A stretch of 64,000 nt of DNA from positions 1 to 64,000 of the IMG/VR virus record IMGVR_UViG_2823261200_000003, one strand, 5' to 3'. The stretch comes from a virus. Lineage: Duplodnaviria > Caudoviricetes. A model generated the notes under the pieces. The model had not been told where the DNA came from, searched no databases, and saw only the letters and a list, made by a program, of their open reading frames with translations. A program made the translations under genes and the position numbers. Positions 18,175 to 25,921 of this stretch are shown in pieces (the first letter of the stretch is position 1; the number at the start of each line of letters is the position of its first letter).

Positions 18175-18987
18175 ATGTTATTATTACAGCAAATAGATGC
18201 AATATCATTGAGTCGCCTAACTCCTTATAAGAATTTATGCACATCAAACAACAAATTGGAAGAATACAAACTTGCAACTTGCGTATATCTTTCTTTGCAA
18301 CACCGCACAGGAATATTTTTTTCACTCATACAAGAGCTTGAAGTTGCAATTAGAAATGAAATGAGCAAAATTTTGAAAAATCATGTCGCACCTAACAAAG
18401 ATCTGTTAGCTTACTTTTGTTTTTTAGCTTGTGATAATCAAAGTCAGCTTTTAACAGAGAGTAAACGAAATCTAAAGCTTGGGATTGCTAGCCTCCTTAA
18501 TTTACGGATAAACCAAATTACAAATGCTAGAACAACAGAAAGAACACTAAAAAATAGAAGATTAAATGAAAATGATCTTATTGCAGCTATAACATTTGGT
18601 TTTTGGGTACATTTACTTAACGATGATATAAATAAAAATCCTCATTTTCTTTACTGGTCTAATATTTTTTCTCCGCTACTTTTTGGGGGGAGATTTAACT
18701 CAACTGTAGATATTTTTAAATCATTGAGAACAATATTAGCCTTTCGCAATAAGCTATATCACCAAGAACCAGTATGGAAGAAGCGTAATGTCAATACTCC
18801 GCACAAAGCACTCTCTGAGCTTCAGAGGAAATATCAACTATTTCTTACTTATTTAAGTAAGATAGCCCCATATAGAATCAAACTAAGAGAAAAGGCTACA
18901 CTTCAAAAATGGTTAGATGAGCTTAATTTCAATCCAGAAGTATTTGATTCAGAAATAGATAAATTAAAAGCACAATCATTCATTTAA
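18175..18987 (+). CDS. Abi-like (AbiD/F, Abi_2) HEPN RNase
   Basis: ELEVAIRN, TFGFWVHL and RNKLYHQEP (RxxxxH); AT-rich. Confidence 0.8.
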   Translation: MLLLQQIDAISLSRLTPYKNLCTSNNKLEEYKLATCVYLSLQHRTGIFFSLIQELEVAIRNEMSKILKNHVAPNKDLLAYFCFLACDNQSQLLTESKRNLKLGIASLLNLRINQITNARTTERTLKNRRLNENDLIAAITFGFWVHLLNDDINKNPHFLYWSNIFSPLLFGGRFNSTVDIFKSLRTILAFRNKLYHQEPVWKKRNVNTPHKALSELQRKYQLFLTYLSKIAPYRIKLREKATLQKWLDELNFNPEVFDSEIDKLKAQSFI

Positions 18988-19214
18988 TATATCCTAGTTA
19001 CCTAATCCACCTCCGCCCTAGTGGCGATTTTCTTTTACCTAAAATGCCCCCCTCACTCATTAAACTCATTCCTTTTATCTAAAAAATCTACAAAACTACC
19101 CCATTACCATTCCTTTACTACTCAAAAAACAAGCAATCAAACAAATTTTTTCAAATTATTTTTCTTTATAAATCAATAGCTAATTATGAAAGGTGTTATT
19201 TTTATAAAAATATT

Positions 19215-19255
19215 TACCTAAAGGTATTTACAATTAAAATACCTTTAGGTAATAT
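19215..19255 (+). promoter_or_regulatory. OL operators and pL promoter
   Basis: TACCTAAAGGTA (19215) and TACCTTTAGGTA (19240) overlapping TTTACA-17-TAATAT. Confidence 0.8.
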
Positions 19256-19282
19256 ACACCCATCAAAACGAAACAACGTTTA

Positions 19283-19297
19283 ATGCTCTTTAACAAT
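19283..19297 (+). promoter_or_regulatory. boxA antitermination element (second copy 19770-19784)
   Basis: ATGCTCTTTAACAAT matches the rrn/nut boxA consensus. Confidence 0.75.
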
Positions 19298-19524
19298 CAA
19301 GATGAAATAAAAAGCCCTGCGGTAACAGGGCTTGGATAATTAAACTTCGCGAACAGGTGTTTGTCGGTTAGTGTCCATAACAAGCCCGATACAATGTAAG
19401 CAGTTTTGTTTGGTCGTATAACCTTCACTTTGAGCTATAGGTTCGTGATTGGCGGCTTTTAGTCGCCAATACCACTGACCATTAACACCTTTGAAAATTT
19501 CAAAATACATAGAGGTAACTCCTT

Positions 19525-19746
19525 ATGCAAAACGAAATGAAACGCTATGCAATTTCTTACTTCTTCAAAGGAAAGAAGTGGTGTTCAGATGTCTACGCCA
19601 ACTCATTTGAAGAAGCACAAGAAAAAGTCAAAGCAATGTCCCAAGCAACTATTGATGGTGAGCTTTACTGTTCAATATATGTTCCAGTCAAGCCACAATC
19701 ACGCATTGCAAGGTTGCTTTTAAAGCTACTACATAAATTTAGCTAA
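19525..19746 (+). CDS. Hypothetical protein
   Basis: GAGG RBS; YFFKGKKWCSDVYANSFEEA. Confidence 0.7.
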   Translation: MQNEMKRYAISYFFKGKKWCSDVYANSFEEAQEKVKAMSQATIDGELYCSIYVPVKPQSRIARLLLKLLHKFS

Positions 19747-20002
19747 TTCAATATTTCATCTTGGTGATGATGCTCTTTAACAATTTAGAACCCACTCCCC
19801 TTTTTACAAAAGGAAGCCGAAAGGTTGGCAAGTCTGTGCCAGTGGGGCTGAGGCAAACAGGCTTATTTATTCAATGCCGTATTTACGGAGAACCAAGGCA
19901 GCAGAACCGAGAGGAATGCAATGCAAAGAATCAACCGTGATACCGAGCCGAGATGAACGTTAGACAAGTGCGGCATTGAATAAATAACAACAACGGAGGT
20001 GA

Positions 20003-20320
20003 ATGATGAATATCGTCATTGAACGTAACCCAGTGAGCAAAAAATACTGCGAAAAGGCAGAAATTCGCTCAATGGGCAAGGCTGGCAGATTAGCAAGAAT
20101 GTTTGCCAAATCTCGCCAGAAAAAAATCAAAACGGGAAAACCTGACCGAATTAAGACCGCACTTGTAATGTTGCCGATTCCGTCAAAATCCCAAATTGAA
20201 AAAGCGGCGGCTCAATTTCAAGCCGTCAAACCGAATTACCACAAAGGCGAAATCGGCGTAAATACCGTGCGGGCCACACAAAAAATCCGCCGTGGTTGTC
20301 AGGAGTTAATGAGGATTTAG
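20003..20320 (+). CDS. Basic protein in the N-antiterminator position
   Basis: GGAGG RBS, Arg/Lys-rich, follows boxA and a long leader stem. Confidence 0.5.
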   Translation: MMNIVIERNPVSKKYCEKAEIRSMGKAGRLARMFAKSRQKKIKTGKPDRIKTALVMLPIPSKSQIEKAAAQFQAVKPNYHKGEIGVNTVRATQKIRRGCQELMRI

Positions 20321-20323
20321 ACG

Positions 20324-20581
20324 ATGAAAAATAAAATTACTGATTTAAACAACCATCTTTTTAGTCAATTAGAAAAATTGTTAGATGAAGATTTAACAGA
20401 TGAAGAATTAAAAAGGGAAATTGCTAGAGCGAATGCGGTATCTGGTATTGCATCGAATATCATTCAAAATTCTAATACAGCCATTAAAGCAATGCAGCTT
20501 TTCGGTGACCGCACTATTGAGGCAGATGCACCCGATTTTTTAAGAATATCAAAGGCACAAAATGACAAAAAAACGCTTTAG
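20324..20581 (+). CDS. Conserved phage protein preceding the HNH gene
   Basis: DLNNHLFSQLEKL..EIARANAV. Confidence 0.75.
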   Translation: MKNKITDLNNHLFSQLEKLLDEDLTDEELKREIARANAVSGIASNIIQNSNTAIKAMQLFGDRTIEADAPDFLRISKAQNDKKTL

Positions 20582-21269
20582 GTTTACTGATGAACATATT
20601 GCTTTTATCCGTGAACATAAAGATTTAGCTCCTAAAGATCTCATTCAGGCCTTTTATCAACAATTTGGTTTGCTAAAGAATAGGCAGGTTTTTAGAAAGC
20701 TAAAAAAACGATTAGGAATTATCTCAACGGTTCAACATTGCAATCGATATACCAAAGAAGAGTTAGCCTTTATCAAAGAAAATTGCACTTTACCGCAAGC
20801 GGAATTAACCAAACTATTTAATCAAAAGTTTAACCGTAATCAGACCGCACAAGTAATTAGGGTACTGTGTGCTAAAAGAGGTTGGCTGACTGGTAGAAAT
20901 GGGCGATTTAAAAAAGGAGAACATTTAAAGCCTATTGGTTACGAGCGATTTTGCCCTATGGCAAAAGCCGTGTTGATAAAAACAGGAGTTAAGCGTTATG
21001 AAAGAAAATCACGTGTTATCTGGGAGCAAGCCTTTGGCAAAATCCCTCAAGGATTTGTTTTGTGGTTTAAAGACGGCAATATTCAAAATTGTGAGTTATC
21101 TAATTTAGAACTAATCAGTCGTAATGAAATGCTATGGCGACATAAGCTGAATTACCACGAATTAGACAGCAGTGTGAAACAAACTTTTAATGTGTTTATT
21201 CAACTACGAGAAAAATTGATAAAACTCAAAAAGCAACAGCAACAAAAGGACCGCATAGCAAAAGGATAA
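20562..21269 (+). CDS. HNH-like protein with N-terminal repeats
   Basis: GRFKKG, RVIWEQAFGKIP, FKDGNIQNCELSNLELISR. Confidence 0.75.
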   Translation: MTKKRFRFTDEHIAFIREHKDLAPKDLIQAFYQQFGLLKNRQVFRKLKKRLGIISTVQHCNRYTKEELAFIKENCTLPQAELTKLFNQKFNRNQTAQVIRVLCAKRGWLTGRNGRFKKGEHLKPIGYERFCPMAKAVLIKTGVKRYERKSRVIWEQAFGKIPQGFVLWFKDGNIQNCELSNLELISRNEMLWRHKLNYHELDSSVKQTFNVFIQLREKLIKLKKQQQQKDRIAKG

Positions 21270-21324
21270 GCTAAGGTGCTGTCACCACCTGAGATTGTAG
21301 GTTCAAGTCCTACTGCGGTCGCCA
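21249..21324 (+). tRNA. tRNA-Asp(GTC)-like gene with non-canonical D arm
   Basis: Acceptor GACCGCA/TGCGGTC, G discriminator, encoded CCA, anticodon arm AGGTG-CTGTCAC-CACCT, T arm GTAGG-TTCAAGT-CCTAC; 76 nt. Confidence 0.8.
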
Positions 21325-21505
21325 ATTTATCACAAGGCACACTGAGTCATTATCTACGGATTATTTTAGACCAATCTTCTTGCCGTAGTTAGTGTGCCTT
21401 GTCATAACTTTCATTCAAAACCGCATTCTTAGCCGCTCGTTTTTAGTCTTTTTCATCGTGGCTTTGCGTGCGGTTCTGAATGAGATGAGAAATAGGAGAA
21501 ACGCA

Positions 21506-22204
21506 GTGAAAAAATATGAATTAACCGATGAATATATTGAGATCGGATTTACAACTAAAATTAAACTCTATCGCATAAAAGCTTTAGTAGCAATCGCATC
21601 AATCGGCGTTAGTGCTGGTGATTTGGGTGGATATGTCGAGAAAGAGTCAAACTTAGATCAGAGCGGTGATGCCTGGGTGTACGGTAATGCCAAGGTGTAC
21701 GATAATGCCGTGGTGTGCGGTGATGCCTGGGTGTACGGTAATGCCGAGGTGTACGGTGATGCCAAGGTGTACGGCGATGCCGTGGTGTGCGGTGATGCCG
21801 TGGTGTGCGGTAATGCCGTGGTGTACGGTAATGCCAAGGTGTACGGCGATGCCGTGGTGTCCGGTGATGCCGTGGTGTGCGGTAATGCCAAGGTGTACGG
21901 TAATGCCAGTGTGTCCGGTAATGCCAAGGTGTACGATAATGCCAAGGTGTCCGGCGATGCCGTGGTGTCCGGTGATGCCGTGGTGTGTGAAAGATCTGAT
22001 ATTGTCTGGTTTTCAAACGTGGGTACGGAGTACGGTACATTAACCGTATTTAAAACTAAGCAAGGAGTATTGTGGGCTACTAGAGGCTGTTTTAGTGGCT
22101 CTGTTGAGGAGTTTTTGAAAAAATCCGCGGAAGTTCACGATGAAAAAACGAAAAGAGAATATCAACTTTTGATTGAAGTCGCTAAATCAAGGTTGAACAA
22201 CTAA
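21506..22204 (+). CDS. Hexapeptide-repeat (left-handed beta-helix-like) phage protein
   Basis: AGGAG RBS and GTG start; LYRIKAL..GDLGGYVE, 18 x (G/D)(N/D)AxV(Y/C/S), GCFSGSVEEF. Confidence 0.85.
   Translation: MKKYELTDEYIEIGFTTKIKLYRIKALVAIASIGVSAGDLGGYVEKESNLDQSGDAWVYGNAKVYDNAVVCGDAWVYGNAEVYGDAKVYGDAVVCGDAVVCGNAVVYGNAKVYGDAVVSGDAVVCGNAKVYGNASVSGNAKVYDNAKVSGDAVVSGDAVVCERSDIVWFSNVGTEYGTLTVFKTKQGVLWATRGCFSGSVEEFLKKSAEVHDEKTKREYQLLIEVAKSRLNN
21665..21988 (+). repeat. 18 tandem copies of an 18-bp coding unit
   Basis: GGT(G/A)ATGCCnnGGTGTnC repeated over 324 bp. Confidence 0.95.
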
Positions 22205-22401
22205 TACGCCCACACGGAAGGCGTTAAACCCCGTCTTGTACTGCAAGATCACCAATAATCGCACTACTGCAGGTATTACAAGGGGCTAATAATGAGAAAA
22301 TAGAATAATTAGTAAATTTATCATTTTCATAATACGTTTTAATCTCAAATCCCCCATGTTTAACGCCACAATGGGGGCAATCATAAGCAAAGGTAATCAT
22401 A

Positions 22402-22581
22402 ATGAATCTCCAAGATCATATTTATTTAATTGATGAATTTCTTGAAGGGCAAAGCCCTGAAGTAAAACTATATACTTATTTTAAAAATCAAGATAAGGAA
22501 ACGCAACATAGTTTTGTCATTGCCTTAATTGGTAAAGTGGTTAGCTCACATAAACTTTATCATCACGAATTAAACAAGTAA
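22402..22581 (+). CDS. 59-aa hypothetical protein (MNLQDHIYLIDEFLEG..)
   Basis: AAAGG RBS, open frame just below the ORF-track cutoff. Confidence 0.6.
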   Translation: MNLQDHIYLIDEFLEGQSPEVKLYTYFKNQDKETQHSFVIALIGKVVSSHKLYHHELNK

Positions 22582-22625
22582 CATTGACAACCGCCGCCCT
22601 ACTTCGGATTAAAACAACGGTAAAT

Positions 22626-22808
22626 TTAATAATTCCAAATCATCTCTTCAATTAGGGCGGTTTTAGATTTCCCTGTGCGTTCGCTTAATTCTGCTAAGCG
22701 TGAAATGGTTTCTTCTTTCAGCTTAAAGCCAGCCAAACGCACACCGCGTTTTTTATCACTTTTAGCTTGCAATTCTCGCAATGTTAACCCTGATTTAGGA
22801 CGCCCCAT
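22626..22808 (-). CDS. Ribbon-helix-helix DNA-binding protein
   Basis: AAGGGG RBS; GVRLAGFKL strand then EETISRLAELSERTGKSKTALIEE. Confidence 0.8.
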   Translation of the reverse strand: MGRPKSGLTLRELQAKSDKKRGVRLAGFKLKEETISRLAELSERTGKSKTALIEEMIWNY

Positions 22809-22855
22809 AATAAAAACCCCTTGCATTGATGAAATGAATACATTAAGATTTAGGA

Positions 22856-23012
22856 ACTGCCTAGCGATGGTGGCAGCCACCGCTAGGGCTTTTAGAACTC
22901 TAATCTAGTAAGCTGGCAGGCTCACTAAGATTAAAATTACTAGGATTAAGACTTTAATCAACATAATCCAGTTCCTTTTTGTTGCCGCTCTCAACAAGGG
23001 CGGCTTCTTCAT
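22856..23012 (+). ncRNA. Sib-like antisense antitoxin RNA (ends approximate)
   Basis: TTGCAT-17-TAAGAT promoter at 22821; GCCGCTCT..AGGGCGGC hairpin + T-rich tail; spans the toxin ORF and its RBS. Confidence 0.6.
22905..22964 (-). CDS. ibs: Ibs-family type I toxin MLIKVLILVILILVSLPAY
   Basis: 19 aa, hydrophobic, ends S-x-x-A-Y like E. coli Ibs peptides; AAGGAA RBS. Confidence 0.85.
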   Translation of the reverse strand: MLIKVLILVILILVSLPAY

Positions 23013-23333
23013 TTCTAGCCCCTTGCTAAAAACAAATGTATTTTAGGTTAAACTAACAAACAAAACAAGTTATTTTTTGGTTTAAGCTAAAATATTTTTT
23101 AATTTGACACCGCCCAAACTTCAGCGTAAACTACCCCCACTTTCAAACGAAAGTCGGGATTGGCGTCCTGAGTGTTACGAGCGGTCAAAAATAACAGTCG
23201 CTCAAAGCGGCTTTTTTTATAGCCGAAAATCAGAAAATCAAAACCTTTTTAAAGGTATCCCCAAAATGGGGAACCCTTTAAAACTTCTATAAAGGGTAAC
23301 TCAATTTGAGACCCCCTTTAAAAAAGTAGTCAA

Positions 23334-23411
23334 TGATGGGCTGATTGAGGGGATCGAAAGATCCACCGTTTCTCGTAACACGGTACGCCAACCTTGATCA
23401 GTTCATCACCA
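23334..23411 (+). ncRNA. C4-type antisense RNA no. 2
   Basis: Stem TGATGGGCTGATTGAGG/CCTTGATCAGTTCATCA, loop CTCGTAAC, bulge ACGCCAA; targets TTGGCGT + GTTACGAG upstream and TTGGCGT + GTTGCGAG downstream. Confidence 0.75.
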
Positions 23412-23464
23412 GTAATTGGCGTTACTTGTGATGAGTTTTTAAAATTTGTTGCGAGATTTAAATT

Positions 23465-24130
23465 ATGACTACATTAACTTTTCAAACAACAACCCTTTCG
23501 GTTATCAATCAACACAATCAATCTTGGTTATTAGCTTCTGAAGTAGGAAAAGCATTGGGGTATCCACACCCAATCAAAGGCATTCAAAAGATTTACGACC
23601 GCCACGCTGACGAATTTACCCCAAATATGACCGCACTTATTAATATGCAAACCAACGGCGGAATGCAAAAAGTGCGAATTTTCAGCTTGCGTGGTGCTCA
23701 CCTAATTGGAATGCTTTCACACACCAAAGTTGCCAAAGATTTTCGTAAGTGGGTGCTGGATATTCTCGATCAAGAAGTAGAGCGACAAAAACCAAAACAA
23801 CTCGCCCTACCCGAACCCAAAACCTACAACAGAACGCTTACCGCACTGGAATTGGAGGATTTGCTTTGGCTTTGGTTTATCAACCACAATATGTTGAACT
23901 TCATCAACAGCCTAATCGAACCGCTAGAAAAAATCGGCTCGAACTTTCTTCCCTCAGCACACAGCCAATCTCGGGAATATGGCGAATTTAACCACTATAT
24001 GGCACCGCTTATCGACAAACTGATTGCTAACGCCGAACTCGGTTCTGCCAACCAACTGCCGAAACGCACGCTTGAACAAGTGTTAGGTAAAACCACCACA
24101 CAACGCGGTTATCACTTAACCAAACGTTAA
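23465..24130 (+). CDS. BRO-like antirepressor
   Basis: IYDRHADEF, VRIFSLRGAHLIGM, AKDFRKWVLD, QLALPEP linker. Confidence 0.85.
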   Translation: MTTLTFQTTTLSVINQHNQSWLLASEVGKALGYPHPIKGIQKIYDRHADEFTPNMTALINMQTNGGMQKVRIFSLRGAHLIGMLSHTKVAKDFRKWVLDILDQEVERQKPKQLALPEPKTYNRTLTALELEDLLWLWFINHNMLNFINSLIEPLEKIGSNFLPSAHSQSREYGEFNHYMAPLIDKLIANAELGSANQLPKRTLEQVLGKTTTQRGYHLTKR

Positions 24131-24214
24131 TTTTCACCACCGCCTTACCTTACTTTTTAGTGAGGCGGTTTCTTGCACCCTAAATTCAGTAATTTGATTA
24201 AAAAGGAAACAGAG

Positions 24215-24553
24215 ATGAAACAGCGTGGTTATGAAACACTGGTGGCAGATTACGTTAAATCAAAATTAGGTGAAAACATCACCACAAGTCAGATTGCAAC
24301 GCAATATGGTGAGGTTAGCCTTTATCACAACAATAAACTGTATATCGTAGTGTTTGATAATCCAACCACCCTACAGATAGACGACATTAATCGCCAACTC
24401 TTCGCAGTACATTTCACGCATGAGCTAATTTATCGAACGGGACGAAAACTACTGACCTTTGAAACCCAACGCTTACTAAAACCGGAAGTAAGTTATTTAC
24501 TCAGACATCTAAAACAGATGGAGAAGAAAAATGCCAATTTATCGCGTACATAG
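24215..24553 (+). CDS. Hypothetical protein
   Basis: AAGGAA RBS, open frame. Confidence 0.6.
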   Translation: MKQRGYETLVADYVKSKLGENITTSQIATQYGEVSLYHNNKLYIVVFDNPTTLQIDDINRQLFAVHFTHELIYRTGRKLLTFETQRLLKPEVSYLLRHLKQMEKKNANLSRT

Positions 24554-24776
24554 CAGTGCTTACCACGATGGCTCAACTAAAGGATTTCGCCACGACATTA
24601 AACATAAACGGCACGACTGTTTTCGTGGTGATGTGAGGATATTTCAAATCATTGATGGATATCCACATCAAATCTCACGGAAGCGGAAACGTTTTACAAA
24701 TAAAGAAGAGGCTTATCAGTGGGCAAAGCAATTTGCTCAAACCATCACAAAGCAATTAAAAAGGAAACAAAAATGA
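24531..24776 (+). CDS. Basic hypothetical protein
   Basis: GGAG RBS; RKRKRFTNKEEAYQWA resembles AP2/arm-type DNA-binding motifs. Confidence 0.6.
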   Translation: MPIYRVHSSAYHDGSTKGFRHDIKHKRHDCFRGDVRIFQIIDGYPHQISRKRKRFTNKEEAYQWAKQFAQTITKQLKRKQK

Positions 24777-25048
24777 ACGCACTTATCAAACATACACTAC
24801 AAGCCCTACTCATTTTATTTGTCGTTATCTCTGCTCTAAGCCTTGCCGATGCCTACGCACAAACAGCGGAAGATTACTACACAAACCAAGGCTTCACATT
24901 AGAACAACTCGCCGAAATGGAACGCCAAGCCAACCTTGAGTGGCAACAAGAACAAGGCGACTTACCGCCCAATTTAACCGTTGAGGCTGAAAAATACCTC
25001 AAAAATTACACCGCACTTTTGCAACAGGAGATAACCAATGAACGATAG
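24773..25048 (+). CDS. Hypothetical protein with N-terminal signal or TM helix
   Basis: ATGA coupling; hydrophobic N-terminus ending AYA. Confidence 0.65.
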   Translation: MNALIKHTLQALLILFVVISALSLADAYAQTAEDYYTNQGFTLEQLAEMERQANLEWQQEQGDLPPNLTVEAEKYLKNYTALLQQEITNER

Positions 25049-25193
25049 CGAACTTGCCCGAGCTTACGACGATTACAGCGACCGCTTGCTTGAGGAGTAT
25101 TACCGCGAAGACGAGCAAGACACGGAAGAGCCTGAAATCGATGAAGACGATGATTTTTGCCATTACCACTGCATAGGAGCGGGCGGATTATGA
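25038..25193 (+). CDS. 51-aa highly acidic protein
   Basis: AGGAG RBS; 19 Asp/Glu; coupled to the next gene; absent from the ORF track. Confidence 0.75.
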   Translation: MNDSELARAYDDYSDRLLEEYYREDEQDTEEPEIDEDDDFCHYHCIGAGGL

Positions 25194-25414
25194 TTGATTT
25201 GAATAACAAAAACCTAGATGCATTAATGGAAAGCCTCATTCAGCAAGATAGGGTGGGCAAAGCCTACCGCAAAGCTGAAGCTACAAGGCACATTCAAGAA
25301 GCCCTTAAATGGGTTGAAATTAATGACCTGATTACCATTGCCGAAGCCCTTTACGCGGAAGACTTTGCCAATGCCGAAATCGCCTATCACAATCACAGAG
25401 GAAACACACAATGA
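25190..25414 (+). CDS. Hypothetical protein
   Basis: ATGA-coupled on both sides. Confidence 0.6.
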   Translation: MIDLNNKNLDALMESLIQQDRVGKAYRKAEATRHIQEALKWVEINDLITIAEALYAEDFANAEIAYHNHRGNTQ

Positions 25415-25911
25415 AACTTTACGAAATCGCAGAAAGCTACAACAACGTAGCAGAACTCTTAGCTAACCCAGAATTTGCCGAAAATGCGGATATTATCACC
25501 GCACTTGATGCCATAGAAGATGAGTTTAACAACAAAGCCATCAACACCATTAAAGCCATTAAACGCGTGGAAGGCGATATTGACTTACTTGATGCCGAAA
25601 TCAAGCGACTAACGGCAATGAAAAAAGCCCGTCAAAACCGTATTGAGGAAGTGAAAAACTACCTTAAATACAATATGCAAAAAACGGGGATTTTCAAAAT
25701 CGAAAGCCCGCTGTTCAAAATTGCCTACAGCGAACGAAAACAAAGTGCGGTGGAAATTGACGACAATTTATTCCTTGCCAATAACCTTGATGAAAACCTT
25801 GTCAGCGTCAAAATCACCCCGAACAAAACCGCCATTAAAGAGGCGTTGAAACGGGGTGATGATGTGATTGGGGCAAGGTTGGTTGATAGCCAAGTGTTAA
25901 GCATTAAATAG
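25411..25911 (+). CDS. Siphovirus Gp157-family protein
   Basis: MKLYEI, EIKRL..K, KTAIKEALKRG..GARL. Confidence 0.85.
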   Translation: MKLYEIAESYNNVAELLANPEFAENADIITALDAIEDEFNNKAINTIKAIKRVEGDIDLLDAEIKRLTAMKKARQNRIEEVKNYLKYNMQKTGIFKIESPLFKIAYSERKQSAVEIDDNLFLANNLDENLVSVKITPNKTAIKEALKRGDDVIGARLVDSQVLSIK

Positions 25912-25921
25912 GAGTAATCAA

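Noticed and set aside
21665-21988. 18-bp tandem array as a CRISPR array or DGR repeat
   Set aside because: No unique spacers, in-frame hexapeptide coding, and no cas or reverse transcriptase gene in the window.
21609-22043. Three extra ORFs (TPRHHR, YTLALP and MPWCAV repeats)
   Set aside because: Alternative frames kept open by the repeat; no RBS.
22286-22357. Second Ibs-like peptide on the minus strand (..MKMINLLIILFSHY)
   Set aside because: Hydrophobic run too short, no SxxAY end and no clear antisense unit.
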